The notes beneath the pieces were generated by a model that saw only the letters and a list, made by a program, of their open reading frames with translations, was not told the origin of the DNA and made no database searches. This document shows positions 37,446 through 46,278 of a stretch of DNA of 61,753 bases, in pieces; position 1 is the stretch's first letter, and every line of letters starts with the position of its first letter. Made by a program: the position numbers and the translations under genes. Source of the stretch: Candidatus Omnitrophota bacterium. GTDB lineage: Bacteria > Omnitrophota > Gorgyraeia > 2-01-FULL-45-10. The stretch spans positions 1 to 61,753 of the forward strand of contig JAZDOS010000038.1 in assembly GCA_043798375.1 (NCBI GenBank), in the 5' to 3' direction.

Positions 37446-38402
37446 ATGAAATTATTAAAGATTTTGTTTTTTCTCTATATGCTATACGCTATACCCCATA
37501 CGCTATCTTACGCCGATACCGTCGAGACGAAGTCCGGCAGCGAGATAAAAGGCATCGTGGTCGAAGATTACAGGGATAGGCTCGTTCTTTCCACGGCGGA
37601 CGGCGAGATTACCCTGATGAAGTCGGATATCAGGGAAGTTTATTTCGACAGCGAAGAGGACAACCTGATAAAGCTCGCGGAACAGGCCCGGGAAAGAAAA
37701 GATTACCCGAAGGCTTTCGTATATTACGATAAGGCGTTAAAATTGAATCCGAAATCAAAGGCGGCCATGGACGGCGTGGTATTTTTGCAGGGTTATCTTT
37801 TCCGGAAGGAAGAGGCCGAGAAAGAGGAAGACGTAAAGAAGCGCGAGGCTATAGAAAATTACGGCACCATAATTCCAACCGCGCTCAGCGAAGAGGCGAG
37901 GGAGAAGAAGGCCGCCGAAAACCTTAAAAAGACCATCGGGATAACGATTGCGACGGAATCCGGGCTTCCCGTGGTATACAGCGTCCAGCCCAAATCGCCG
38001 GCTGCCGAAGCCGGCATAAAAAAGGCCGATTTACTCATAGCGGTGTGGGCGAGGCTTACGGGTTATCTTTCGCCGGCCGAAGTCATGGATATGCTTCTCG
38101 ACAAGCCGTCGCTCGAGTTGAAGGTTACGATAGAGCGGGTATTCGAAGTAAGGCCGGATTTTGGAAACTCGACGGGCGCGTCATTATCGATGGAATTTGA
38201 CGGCCTTACGGTTGACAGGGTTAGGGGATACGGCCCGGCGTTTCACGCCGGAATCAAAAAAGACGACCTTATAACCGCCATAAACGGCCAATCGACAAGG
38301 TATATGCCTTTGAATAAGGCGAGAGGCCTGATCAAGCGTTCAAAAGAAGGATATATCAAATTTAACATAAGAAGAGAAGTCCTTATATGGAGGAGAGACT
38401 GA
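37446..38402 (+). CDS. Secreted TPR/PDZ-domain protein
   Basis: Signal peptide, one TPR-like segment, two PDZ-like segments (SPAAEAGIKKAD, GPAFHAGIKKDD). Confidence 0.7.
   Translation: MKLLKILFFLYMLYAIPHTLSYADTVETKSGSEIKGIVVEDYRDRLVLSTADGEITLMKSDIREVYFDSEEDNLIKLAEQARERKDYPKAFVYYDKALKLNPKSKAAMDGVVFLQGYLFRKEEAEKEEDVKKREAIENYGTIIPTALSEEAREKKAAENLKKTIGITIATESGLPVVYSVQPKSPAAEAGIKKADLLIAVWARLTGYLSPAEVMDMLLDKPSLELKVTIERVFEVRPDFGNSTGASLSMEFDGLTVDRVRGYGPAFHAGIKKDDLITAINGQSTRYMPLNKARGLIKRSKEGYIKFNIRREVLIWRRD
37475..37507. repeat. Degenerate heptamer tract in a signal-peptide coding region
   Basis: CTATATG CTATACG CTATACC CCATACG CTATC. Confidence 0.65.
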
Positions 38403-38404
38403 CC

Positions 38405-39010
38405 ATGGCAAATGAAACGGCAAGGCCGAAATTTAAAAGAAAACAATATCTGGTTCAAAAAAAGTTTCAGTTAAAATACGTAGGCTTGATACTCGCGCTG
38501 ACTTTTCTGACGGCGGCCCTGTGTTCCTACGTGGTCTATTATACTACGATGATCAACCTGGGGGAGAAGCTTGCCAGCGTCTACCCGCAAGGCAGGCTCG
38601 TATCGATCGTTAAAATGGTGAACTTCAGGATAATATTAAGCGTTCTTTTGGTGTCGCCGCTCGTGGCGCTAATCGGTATACTTTTATCCCATAAGATAGC
38701 CGGCCCGATATTCAGGATGGAGACGTTTTTGAAAAATATGACGGCGGGCGACCTTGCTTCTAAAATAACATTAAGGACAGGAGACGAGCTTATAAGCCTG
38801 GCCGACGGGATAAATGGCGTTACCGAGACGCTCAGGGCGAGCTTCCGGCGCCAGAGGTCGCAGATGGAAAAGGTTTTAACGGAATTGAACAGCCTCAAAG
38901 GCCTGGCAGGAGAAAAACATCAGGACCTTTCAAAGGTTAACTCCGCCGTGAACAGGCTCGATGATGAGTTGAAGCCCATCGTCGCGGAACTCGATAAGTA
39001 TAAGGTGTAG
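38405..39010 (+). CDS. HAMP-domain membrane protein
   Basis: Two TM helices; SHKIAGPIFR...GDL...LRTGDEL. Confidence 0.75.
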   Translation: MANETARPKFKRKQYLVQKKFQLKYVGLILALTFLTAALCSYVVYYTTMINLGEKLASVYPQGRLVSIVKMVNFRIILSVLLVSPLVALIGILLSHKIAGPIFRMETFLKNMTAGDLASKITLRTGDELISLADGINGVTETLRASFRRQRSQMEKVLTELNSLKGLAGEKHQDLSKVNSAVNRLDDELKPIVAELDKYKV

Positions 39011-39178
39011 CAATTTAGCATAACTCTTATAGCTAATCTCTTCCTGCTGGACAACCTCGAGAGACGATGCAAGAAAAATAAAAGCGGCCCAAATAACGTT
39101 CGAAGATACGCCCATTGTATTAAGGATGGAATTGGAAGGAAACGCCCACCTTGCTTTTAAGGCGGTCAACTATTTTTC

Positions 39179-39207
39179 TTGACACCGTCCTCTTTATTAA
39201 GTACATT
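39179..39207 (+). promoter_or_regulatory. Putative sigma70 promoter of the lexA-MTase gene
   Basis: TTGACA-N17-TACATT; TCGA-N7-TCGA dyad just downstream. Confidence 0.55.
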
Positions 39208-39250
39208 TAATAAAATCGAAAATAAATCGAAAGTCAAGAAATAAGTAAAT

Positions 39251-40993
39251 ATGCTAACTAAACGCCAAAAACAAGTACTAGAGTACATAAAAAATTACAT
39301 TGACAAACATGAGTACGCTCCTTCTTTGGAAGAAATTAAAAAACATCTTCGCCTTTCTTCTGTTTCAACCGCCCATTATCACGTCCAGGCTCTGCAGGAT
39401 ATGGGATATCTCCAAAAAGAAATTAACCAGCCAAGGGCAATCGATGTCGTAGGCCATGAAGCTATGCTTAAAATTCCTCTTTTAGGAACAATTGCCGCCG
39501 GTCGTCCTATCGAAGCAATTCAAGAAAAAGAAACGATTGCTGTACCAACAAGTAAGCTTCCTCAATCGTCAGATATTTATGCGCTACGAGTGGTAGGGAA
39601 TAGTATGATAGATGAAAATATTAACGATGGCGATGTTATTTTAGTTAAACACCAAGAAACTGCAGAAAATGGCCAGAAAGTAGTGGCCCTGGTCGACAAT
39701 TATTCGGCTACACTCAAAAAGTATTATCGCGAACGAGGACATATTCGTTTACAACCAGCCAATAGAAATATGGAACCTATGATCTTTCAGAGTGGTCATG
39801 ATGTTGCCATTCAAGGCATAGTGCTCGATGTAATTAAGGCTTTACCCACTAGCTCGTCCAGAATATCTACATTTGACACAACAGAAAAAAACATAATCAA
39901 TTCTGTCCCAATCGCCTACCTCAGAAAGGTTTCCGGTTTTGGACAAAGGACTATCGGTGATCGGGCCAATATATTAGTGCTTGGCGATAATGCGCAGGTA
40001 TTAAAATCATTTCTCGATAATGCGCTCATTTGTGGGAAGGTAAACCTAATATATATTGACCCTCCATTTGCAACAAATCAGATATTTCGGGGTGGCATCA
40101 ATAGAACAGCTACTATTAGCAGGGGCTCATCCGATAAAATTGCTTATCATGATAAACTTACGGGAGCAGAATATATAGAGTTTCTAAGAACGAGACTCAT
40201 CTTAATGCGAGAGATTCTTTCAAATAACGGCTCTATTTATATTCATATTGATCTTAAGATGGGCCATTACGTAAAGGTGCTGATGGATGAGGTCTTTGGA
40301 CGGGATATGTTTATAAATGATATTACTCGCATCAAATGCAGCCCGAAGAACTTTTCACGTAAGGGGTACGGTAATATCAAAGATATGATTTTATTCTACT
40401 CCAAAACAAAAAAATATGTCTGGAATGAGCCGCGGGAAAAAATGTCAGCAGATGCTATAAAAAGGCTTTTCTCCAAAACCGATAAAAATGGTAGACGATA
40501 CACTACCACGCCTCTGCATGCTCCCGGAGAAACAATAAATGGTGACACAGGAAAAAAATGGAAGGGTTTAACACCTCCTCCCGGAAGGCACTGGAGATAC
40601 TCTCCCGATGAATTAACACGTCTTGATAACGAGGGATTGATTGAATGGTCCGCAACCGGTAATCCAAGAAAGATAATTTACGCAGATGAGATTGAGAAAA
40701 ATGGGAAAAAAATACAGGATATATGGGAACTCAAAGACCCGGTATACCCGCAATATCCAACTGAAAAAAACTTAGATATGCTAAAAAAAATTATCAGTGC
40801 CTCATCAAATAAAGGTGATATTGTTATGGATAGCTTTTGTGGTTCTGGCTCTACTTTATTAGCAGCAGAAATGCTGGGAAGGCAATGGATTGGGATCGAC
40901 AACTCACGTATTGCTATTTCAGTTTCTGAAAAAAGGCTTAAAAAATATAAAGACATATCTTATTCCGAGGTATTTAACCAAAAGGAGACTTGA
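39251..40993 (+). CDS. LexA repressor fused to a beta-class N6/N4 DNA methyltransferase
   Basis: LTKRQ...PSLEEI wHTH, IAAG cleavage site, GNSM and TLKK (Ser/Lys dyad); then YIDPPF and DSFCGSGS. Confidence 0.88.
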   Translation: MLTKRQKQVLEYIKNYIDKHEYAPSLEEIKKHLRLSSVSTAHYHVQALQDMGYLQKEINQPRAIDVVGHEAMLKIPLLGTIAAGRPIEAIQEKETIAVPTSKLPQSSDIYALRVVGNSMIDENINDGDVILVKHQETAENGQKVVALVDNYSATLKKYYRERGHIRLQPANRNMEPMIFQSGHDVAIQGIVLDVIKALPTSSSRISTFDTTEKNIINSVPIAYLRKVSGFGQRTIGDRANILVLGDNAQVLKSFLDNALICGKVNLIYIDPPFATNQIFRGGINRTATISRGSSDKIAYHDKLTGAEYIEFLRTRLILMREILSNNGSIYIHIDLKMGHYVKVLMDEVFGRDMFINDITRIKCSPKNFSRKGYGNIKDMILFYSKTKKYVWNEPREKMSADAIKRLFSKTDKNGRRYTTTPLHAPGETINGDTGKKWKGLTPPPGRHWRYSPDELTRLDNEGLIEWSATGNPRKIIYADEIEKNGKKIQDIWELKDPVYPQYPTEKNLDMLKKIISASSNKGDIVMDSFCGSGSTLLAAEMLGRQWIGIDNSRIAISVSEKRLKKYKDISYSEVFNQKET

Positions 40994-41781
40994 TGAATAA
41001 GTGGACTGAAAAAAGTGTTTACATAGCTAACTCAGATGGATATTTGGATAAGTTACAAACAGTATATCCGGTTATTCTAACTGAAGAAAGGGAAATAGAT
41101 AAAGAAATACTCGACGATTTGAAGAAAACATTTGATGCTTTAGATAATGAAAATCTTATCAAAAAATTACTGACGTTTGAAAAATTTCCAATCAAAGACC
41201 CCTATGTTGCTTTTCTGCGAAGAAATAAAGGCGAATTTATTAAGAAAAATCCAAAGACTGTAGCGCGAATTGCTGCGCAATTGTACTCATTGGGATTTGA
41301 TGAAGTCATAAAGGGCATTACAGAACCAAAAGAATTTAATCGACAGATTGGGGTGCTTTTTCGTAAACGGGTTCCTAAAATAGGCTTTCCTATGCTCCCA
41401 GAGTCAGAATTTGAAGTACATAAAGGGATATGCTTTTTATTGGGTAGCGATAATGTTTTAAAAAATTATGCCGAAACCAAGTTAGGATATGATATCGAGA
41501 AAGGTATCGACCTAATTGCAAAAGCGGGAAATGTATATTTCTTCTTAGGTGAAGCAAAATTTCTTACGGATTATGGCGGCCATCAAACGGCTCAATTTGA
41601 AGACGCTTTGCGGACAGCGTCTTTTAAGAAAAAGAACTGTATTGGGATGGCAATATTGGATGGGGTGGTTTGGATAAAGAGCGACAACAAGATGCATCGA
41701 AGAGCTTGCAGTGCAAATAAACTTATTTTATCTTCCTTACTATTAAAAGATTTCCTAATAGAAGTCGATTCTGGTAGATAA
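40993..41781 (+). CDS. Type II restriction endonuclease (possibly Tsp45I-like)
   Basis: Coupled to the MTase; GIDLI...GEAK PD-(D/E)xK-like motif, FLTDYGGHQ. The family call is from memory. Confidence 0.65.
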   Translation: MNKWTEKSVYIANSDGYLDKLQTVYPVILTEEREIDKEILDDLKKTFDALDNENLIKKLLTFEKFPIKDPYVAFLRRNKGEFIKKNPKTVARIAAQLYSLGFDEVIKGITEPKEFNRQIGVLFRKRVPKIGFPMLPESEFEVHKGICFLLGSDNVLKNYAETKLGYDIEKGIDLIAKAGNVYFFLGEAKFLTDYGGHQTAQFEDALRTASFKKKNCIGMAILDGVVWIKSDNKMHRRACSANKLILSSLLLKDFLIEVDSGR

Positions 41782-41851
41782 CTTTTTCTAAGTACGCGGG
41801 AGTTCCCCACCTGTAAGGGTGGGGTTGTTCATAAAACAATCCATTCCTTAA

Positions 41852-43036
41852 ATGAAAAAGCTATTTTTTATCCTCGGAATAACCGCGCTTGTTTTTGCCG
41901 CAGCATTTCTCGCCTTCGAGGCAGGATTGAGGGCCTACGGCCTGTTCGACAAGAACAGGGGCCTCAAGAACTGCATGGGCGAGCCGAATAAGAAATACCA
42001 CCACGCATTTAAGCCGAATAGCCGATTCCGGCTGATAGCCCCCAAAAACGACGAGTACAATGTCGGTATCCGGATAAATAATTACGGCTTGAGGGGCGCG
42101 GATATGGAACTTAAGAAGAAACCCGGCACGAAAAGGATACTGGCGATGGGCGACTCCTTCACCTTCGGCGTCGGCGCCGAGGATGATGAGACGATACCGT
42201 ATCTCATCGGAAAATACCTTAAGGAACGGGGCGAGAATGTGGAAGTGATAAACGCCGGCATCGGCGGCTCCTCGCCGCTTTCCAATTACATGAAGGCGCG
42301 CGATGAATACCTGGAGTTCGAGCCGGACCTCGTCCTCTACTTTTTTGATTTTTCGGATCTCGCGGACGATTGGCGCGGTGAGAAGAGCCTTGTTTATGAT
42401 AAAAACGGAGATATTCTGCGGTGTGACCCGGCTTATGCCTACGGAAAACGCGACTGGTGGGCTTTTATGCGGCTTCACAGCAAGGCATGTTCGTATATCC
42501 ATAATAAGCTCATAAGGCTCTTCGGTAAGATAAGGATACTCGGTTTACGCGGTTACATTCAGGCGAAACTCGAGGGTAAGCGCGCAAAGTCGCTCATCGT
42601 GGCGCAGCAGGCGGACGAAATGAATAAGAATCCGATTGAATATGACGGTTACCTGATGATCAGGGGGCCCGACAGGATTCCGCAGGTCAAAGAACATTTT
42701 AAGCGCAATGAAAAATACCTCAATATGATAAGGGACCTTTTCGCCTCCCGGGGCATACCCATGATACTCGTGATCTATCCTTACGGCATTCACGTCGGGC
42801 CGGACATATGGAGCGAGGGAAGGGGATACTGGGGATTCGAAAAAGGCAAACTTTACGACGATTATTATGCATTCGATATGCTGGAGGATTACGCCAGGCG
42901 CAACAACATTCCCTGCATAAATCTCCTGCCGGACTTCCTGAAGGCGGGGGACGAACACCTCTTTTTTGACCTCGACGGCCACTTTACGCCCGAAGCGAAT
43001 AAGATAGCCGCAAAAGCGATCGCGTCAAAGATATGA
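41852..43036 (+). CDS. SGNH/GDSL hydrolase-family membrane-anchored protein
   Basis: N-terminal TM, GDSFTFG, INAGIGG, DGH. Confidence 0.8.
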   Translation: MKKLFFILGITALVFAAAFLAFEAGLRAYGLFDKNRGLKNCMGEPNKKYHHAFKPNSRFRLIAPKNDEYNVGIRINNYGLRGADMELKKKPGTKRILAMGDSFTFGVGAEDDETIPYLIGKYLKERGENVEVINAGIGGSSPLSNYMKARDEYLEFEPDLVLYFFDFSDLADDWRGEKSLVYDKNGDILRCDPAYAYGKRDWWAFMRLHSKACSYIHNKLIRLFGKIRILGLRGYIQAKLEGKRAKSLIVAQQADEMNKNPIEYDGYLMIRGPDRIPQVKEHFKRNEKYLNMIRDLFASRGIPMILVIYPYGIHVGPDIWSEGRGYWGFEKGKLYDDYYAFDMLEDYARRNNIPCINLLPDFLKAGDEHLFFDLDGHFTPEANKIAAKAIASKI

Positions 43037-43084
43037 TAAAGAAGATTATCATAAGGGCCCGCCAAAAAATCTAGTTCCTAACCC

Positions 43085-43150
43085 TTGACAATCACGAATT
43101 ATAGGGTATACTTTGTATCACCCTGTATTAGTCTATACCAACAAAGTATA
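43085..43150 (+). promoter_or_regulatory. sigma70-like promoter overlapped by a 10-bp inverted repeat
   Basis: TTGACA-N16-TATACT; TATACTTTGT (43107-43116) / ACAAAGTATA (43141-43150). Confidence 0.6.
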
Positions 43151-43175
43151 ACTGATATTAAAAGGTGGTGTTTGT

Positions 43176-43373
43176 ATGCCAGAAGACGCTGTCTTCACGG
43201 TTCAGGAAGTGGCCACTTACCTGAGGATGCAGCCTGTTACCATATATAAACACGCAAAGGCAGGCAAGCTTCCTTGTTTCAAAGTAGGGGCCAACTGGCG
43301 ATTCAAGAAATCCACTATAGATCGCTGGATTGCTGAGCAGGAAGAAAAAGAGAATAGCAAGCGTATCAGATAA
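43176..43373 (+). CDS. Small excisionase-type HTH (HTH_17) DNA-binding protein
   Basis: FTVQEVATYL...TIYK...GKLPCFKVG.NWRF; AGGTGG RBS. Confidence 0.85.
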   Translation: MPEDAVFTVQEVATYLRMQPVTIYKHAKAGKLPCFKVGANWRFKKSTIDRWIAEQEEKENSKRIR

Positions 43374-43410
43374 TACCCAACTTGATCATATTAAGTTGGG
43401 TATTTTGTTT
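43372..43410 (+). terminator. Probable intrinsic terminator
   Basis: AATACCCAACTT / AAGTTGGGTATT stem followed by TTGTTT. Confidence 0.65.
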
Positions 43411-43427
43411 ATAGGGCCTAATTGTGC

Positions 43428-43457
43428 CCGTAGGGCATGTTTAAACCTGCCCTACGG
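43428..43457. repeat. GTAG-type REP-like hairpin
   Basis: CCGTAGGGCA-N10-TGCCCTACGG. Confidence 0.5.
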
Positions 43458-43478
43458 CCGGAGAAATCATAAGGATAT

Positions 43479-44720
43479 ATGGATAAAAGAATGGTAATTA
43501 CCGGAATAGGGGTGCTTGCCTCGAACGGCATCGGCAAGGACGAATTCTGGAAGGCCCTTAAAGCGGGCAAGTCCGGGGTGAAGCCTGTCAGCCTGTTCGA
43601 TACCGCTAACCTGAGGAGTAAGCTCGCGGGTGAGATAGCGGATTTCGATCCGGAGGCAATTCTCGGGCTGAAGGGCCTGAGGAATCTGGATAGGTCGACA
43701 AAACTTGCGCTTTCGGCTTCGAAAATGGCGCTTGATGACGCCGGCATCGGGTGTCCTGTAGTCGAGGAAGATACCGATATATTCGGCGTATCTTTAGGTT
43801 CAACGCTGGGGTCGGTCTGGTCCATAAGCGAATTCGATAAGGAAGGCCTGAGAGAGGGGCCGCGATCGGTCAACCCGGCTCTGTTTCCGAACACCGTTAT
43901 TAATTCGCCGGCAAGCCAGATATCGATACGGTTTAACATTCAGGGTTTTAACAGCACTATTTCTACCGGATTCTGTTCCGCTATCGACGCGATCTACTAC
44001 GCGATGAATATGATCAATTTATATGAATATAAAGTTGTTCTGACAGGCGGCGTGGAGGAGCTCTGCGAACAGACATATAAAGGTTTTCACAAGATCGGCC
44101 ACCTTGCCGGCTCCAGGCCGGGTAAAGAGGAAATTAATTGCCCGTTCGATAAAAGAAGGAACGGGATCCTGTTCGGCGAAGGCGCCTCGATCGTCATTTT
44201 AGAGGAACTCGAACACGCTAAAATCAGGAAGGCTCACGTTTATGCAGAGGTGCTGGGTTACGGCACCTCGTTCGACCCGGACAGTAAAAATATTTATAGC
44301 CCCAGGGCCATGGGCGCGGCACAAGCCATGAAGATGTGCCTGGACGATGCGCGCCTGGCGGCAGGCGATATAGGCTACATAAGCGCGACAGCCGATTCTA
44401 CGCTTGACTGCGACGCCATGGAGACCGTGGCTATCAAGAACGTCTTCGGCGATAAGGCGAAGGATATTCCGGCAAGTTCGATAAAGTCGATGGTCGGCGA
44501 GACGTTCTCGGCGTCGGGCGCGATGAATCTGGCAGGTTCGATAGGCGCGTTCGTTTACGATTTTATTCCCCCGACGATTAATTACGAAAAACCGGACAGG
44601 CGCTGCGACCTCGACTACGTCCCGAACGTCGCGCGCGAAGCGAAGGTCGAGAGGATCCTGATAGATTCCTTCAGCCCGACCGGCTCGAATTCGGCATTAG
44701 CGATAGGGCGTTTTGCATGA
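43479..44720 (+). CDS. Ketosynthase-like protein lacking the catalytic triad (chain-length-factor-like)
   Basis: FabF fold, but STGFCS replaces TACAS, SATADST replaces AHGTST and GETFS replaces GHxxG. Confidence 0.8.
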   Translation: MDKRMVITGIGVLASNGIGKDEFWKALKAGKSGVKPVSLFDTANLRSKLAGEIADFDPEAILGLKGLRNLDRSTKLALSASKMALDDAGIGCPVVEEDTDIFGVSLGSTLGSVWSISEFDKEGLREGPRSVNPALFPNTVINSPASQISIRFNIQGFNSTISTGFCSAIDAIYYAMNMINLYEYKVVLTGGVEELCEQTYKGFHKIGHLAGSRPGKEEINCPFDKRRNGILFGEGASIVILEELEHAKIRKAHVYAEVLGYGTSFDPDSKNIYSPRAMGAAQAMKMCLDDARLAAGDIGYISATADSTLDCDAMETVAIKNVFGDKAKDIPASSIKSMVGETFSASGAMNLAGSIGAFVYDFIPPTINYEKPDRRCDLDYVPNVAREAKVERILIDSFSPTGSNSALAIGRFA

Positions 44721-44723
44721 GAA

Positions 44724-44759
44724 AACCTCGGAGGCTGCCTTTAGGCAGCCTCCGAGGTT
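44724..44759. repeat. Palindrome, CAACCT-N3-AGGTTG family variant
   Basis: 17-bp perfect arms AACCTCGGAGGCTGCCT / AGGCAGCCTCCGAGGTT. Confidence 0.8.
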
Positions 44760-44777
44760 GAATGGTGATAGGTTATA

Positions 44778-45512
44778 ATGCTTAAAGACAGGGTTGCGAT
44801 AGTCACAGGCGGTTCCCGCGGGATTGGCAGGGCAATCGTTCTCGAACTCGTAAAGAACGGCGCCAGGGTCGTATTCACGTATCTGAAGAGCGGCGAGGCC
44901 GCCGCGAAACTGTTGGACGAGGTCAAAGAGATGAAAGGCGAGGCCGAAGCCGTCAAGTCCGATTCGCGCGAATACACCCAGGCAAAGGGCGTCATCGATG
45001 AAACGCTTAAGAAATTCGGCCGCCTCGACATCCTTGTCAATAACGCCGGCATCATAAAGGATAAGGCTTTGATGTTCATGGAGCCTTCGGAGTGGCGCGA
45101 TGTCATAGAGACGAACCTTACGGGCTATTTCAATATGGCCAAGGCCTGTATAGTTACGATGATGAAGCAGAAAAGCGGTAATATCATAAATATTTCGTCG
45201 GTGGCCGGTGTCGTGGGAACGCCGCGCCAGGTCAATTACGCGAGCGCCAAGGCCGGCATAGTCGGCCTTACCAAGTCGCTCGCCAAAGAGGTCGCTTCCT
45301 ATAATATAAGGGTGAATGCGGTCGCGCCCGGCTATATCGAAACGGACATGACGAAAGACCTGAAGAATAAAGAAGCGCTGTTGAAGCTGATACCGTCCGG
45401 CAGGCTCGGAAGCCCCGAGGAAGTCGCGAAGGTCGTTTCGTTTTTGGCGGGCGATAAATCGGATTACATAACAGGGCAGGTCATTAAAGTTGACGGCGGA
45501 TTGGCAATTTAA
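44778..45512 (+). CDS. fabG: 3-oxoacyl-ACP reductase
   Basis: TGGSRGIG, NNAG, YASAK, PGYIETDM. Confidence 0.9.
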   Translation: MLKDRVAIVTGGSRGIGRAIVLELVKNGARVVFTYLKSGEAAAKLLDEVKEMKGEAEAVKSDSREYTQAKGVIDETLKKFGRLDILVNNAGIIKDKALMFMEPSEWRDVIETNLTGYFNMAKACIVTMMKQKSGNIINISSVAGVVGTPRQVNYASAKAGIVGLTKSLAKEVASYNIRVNAVAPGYIETDMTKDLKNKEALLKLIPSGRLGSPEEVAKVVSFLAGDKSDYITGQVIKVDGGLAI

Positions 45513-45513
45513 C

Positions 45514-45576
45514 CCTATACAACCTCAAAGGTTGCCTTCACGGTAAGCTGACAGGCAACCTTTGAGGTTGGATAGG
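45514..45576. repeat. Palindrome, CAACCT-N3-AGGTTG family
   Basis: 18-bp perfect arms CAACCTCAAAGGTTGCCT / AGGCAACCTTTGAGGTTG. Confidence 0.82.
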
Positions 45577-45602
45577 TCTCGTAGCGTGAGGAGGTGAGTA
45601 AT

Positions 45603-45851
45603 GTGCCGCAGGTGGACGATTTGATTTTGGAGAAGGAATTAAGGGATATCATCGCCAGGATCGTCGAGATAGATCCGGAGAAGATTACTCTCGAGGCCAA
45701 TTTCGTCGAAGATCTCGGGATGGATTCGATGATGGCGCTTGAGATTTTGGCCGCGATGGAGAAGAAATACAAGATCCAGGTGCCGGAAGAGAAGCTCGGC
45801 AAGTTAAAAAATCTCAAAGAGACGATAAATCTGACGAAGGAATATTTATAA
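45603..45851 (+). CDS. acpP: Acyl carrier protein
   Basis: DLGMDSM phosphopantetheine site; GAGGAGG RBS before GTG 45603. Confidence 0.88.
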   Translation: MPQVDDLILEKELRDIIARIVEIDPEKITLEANFVEDLGMDSMMALEILAAMEKKYKIQVPEEKLGKLKNLKETINLTKEYL

Positions 45852-45855
45852 ATAT

Positions 45856-46278
45856 ATGCTCAACACAGAACAGATAAAAAGTCTCATACCTCAGCGCTTT
45901 CCATTTCTCATGCTTGACAGGGTCACGGATATCAAGGAGGGCGTTTACGTAAAGGCATACAAGAATATCAGTATAGACGAGGACTATTTCCGGGGACATT
46001 TCCCGGACAATCCGGTCTTTCCGGGCGCGCTGATAGCCGAAGGCATGGCTCAGGCGGCCTGTGTCCTGCTGAAAGTAAGCATAAAAGATCTCACCGCGAC
46101 GCAATTTTACGTGACGAACATAAAGATACGGTTATCCAAAGTCGTTGTTCCCGGGGATCGTCTTGAAATATTTGTAAAGACGGTAAAGATGACGCATATC
46201 GGGGGTATCTTCGAGACCGAAGCGTCGGTCGACGGCGCGCAAGTCGCCAAAGGAGAGATGACCTTTGCCTGCAAATAG
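45856..46278 (+). CDS. fabZ: 3-hydroxyacyl-ACP dehydratase
   Basis: PQRFPFLMLD, GHFP..PVFPG...EGMAQ. Confidence 0.9.
   Translation: MLNTEQIKSLIPQRFPFLMLDRVTDIKEGVYVKAYKNISIDEDYFRGHFPDNPVFPGALIAEGMAQAACVLLKVSIKDLTATQFYVTNIKIRLSKVVVPGDRLEIFVKTVKMTHIGGIFETEASVDGAQVAKGEMTFACK

Noticed and set aside
38930-39169. 79-aa minus-strand ORF at the island's left edge
   Set aside because: It overlaps the HAMP gene end and has no motif or RBS; at most a gene remnant.
43176-43373. Prophage excisionase
   Set aside because: No adjacent integrase or att site; HTH_17 proteins also occur as ordinary regulators.
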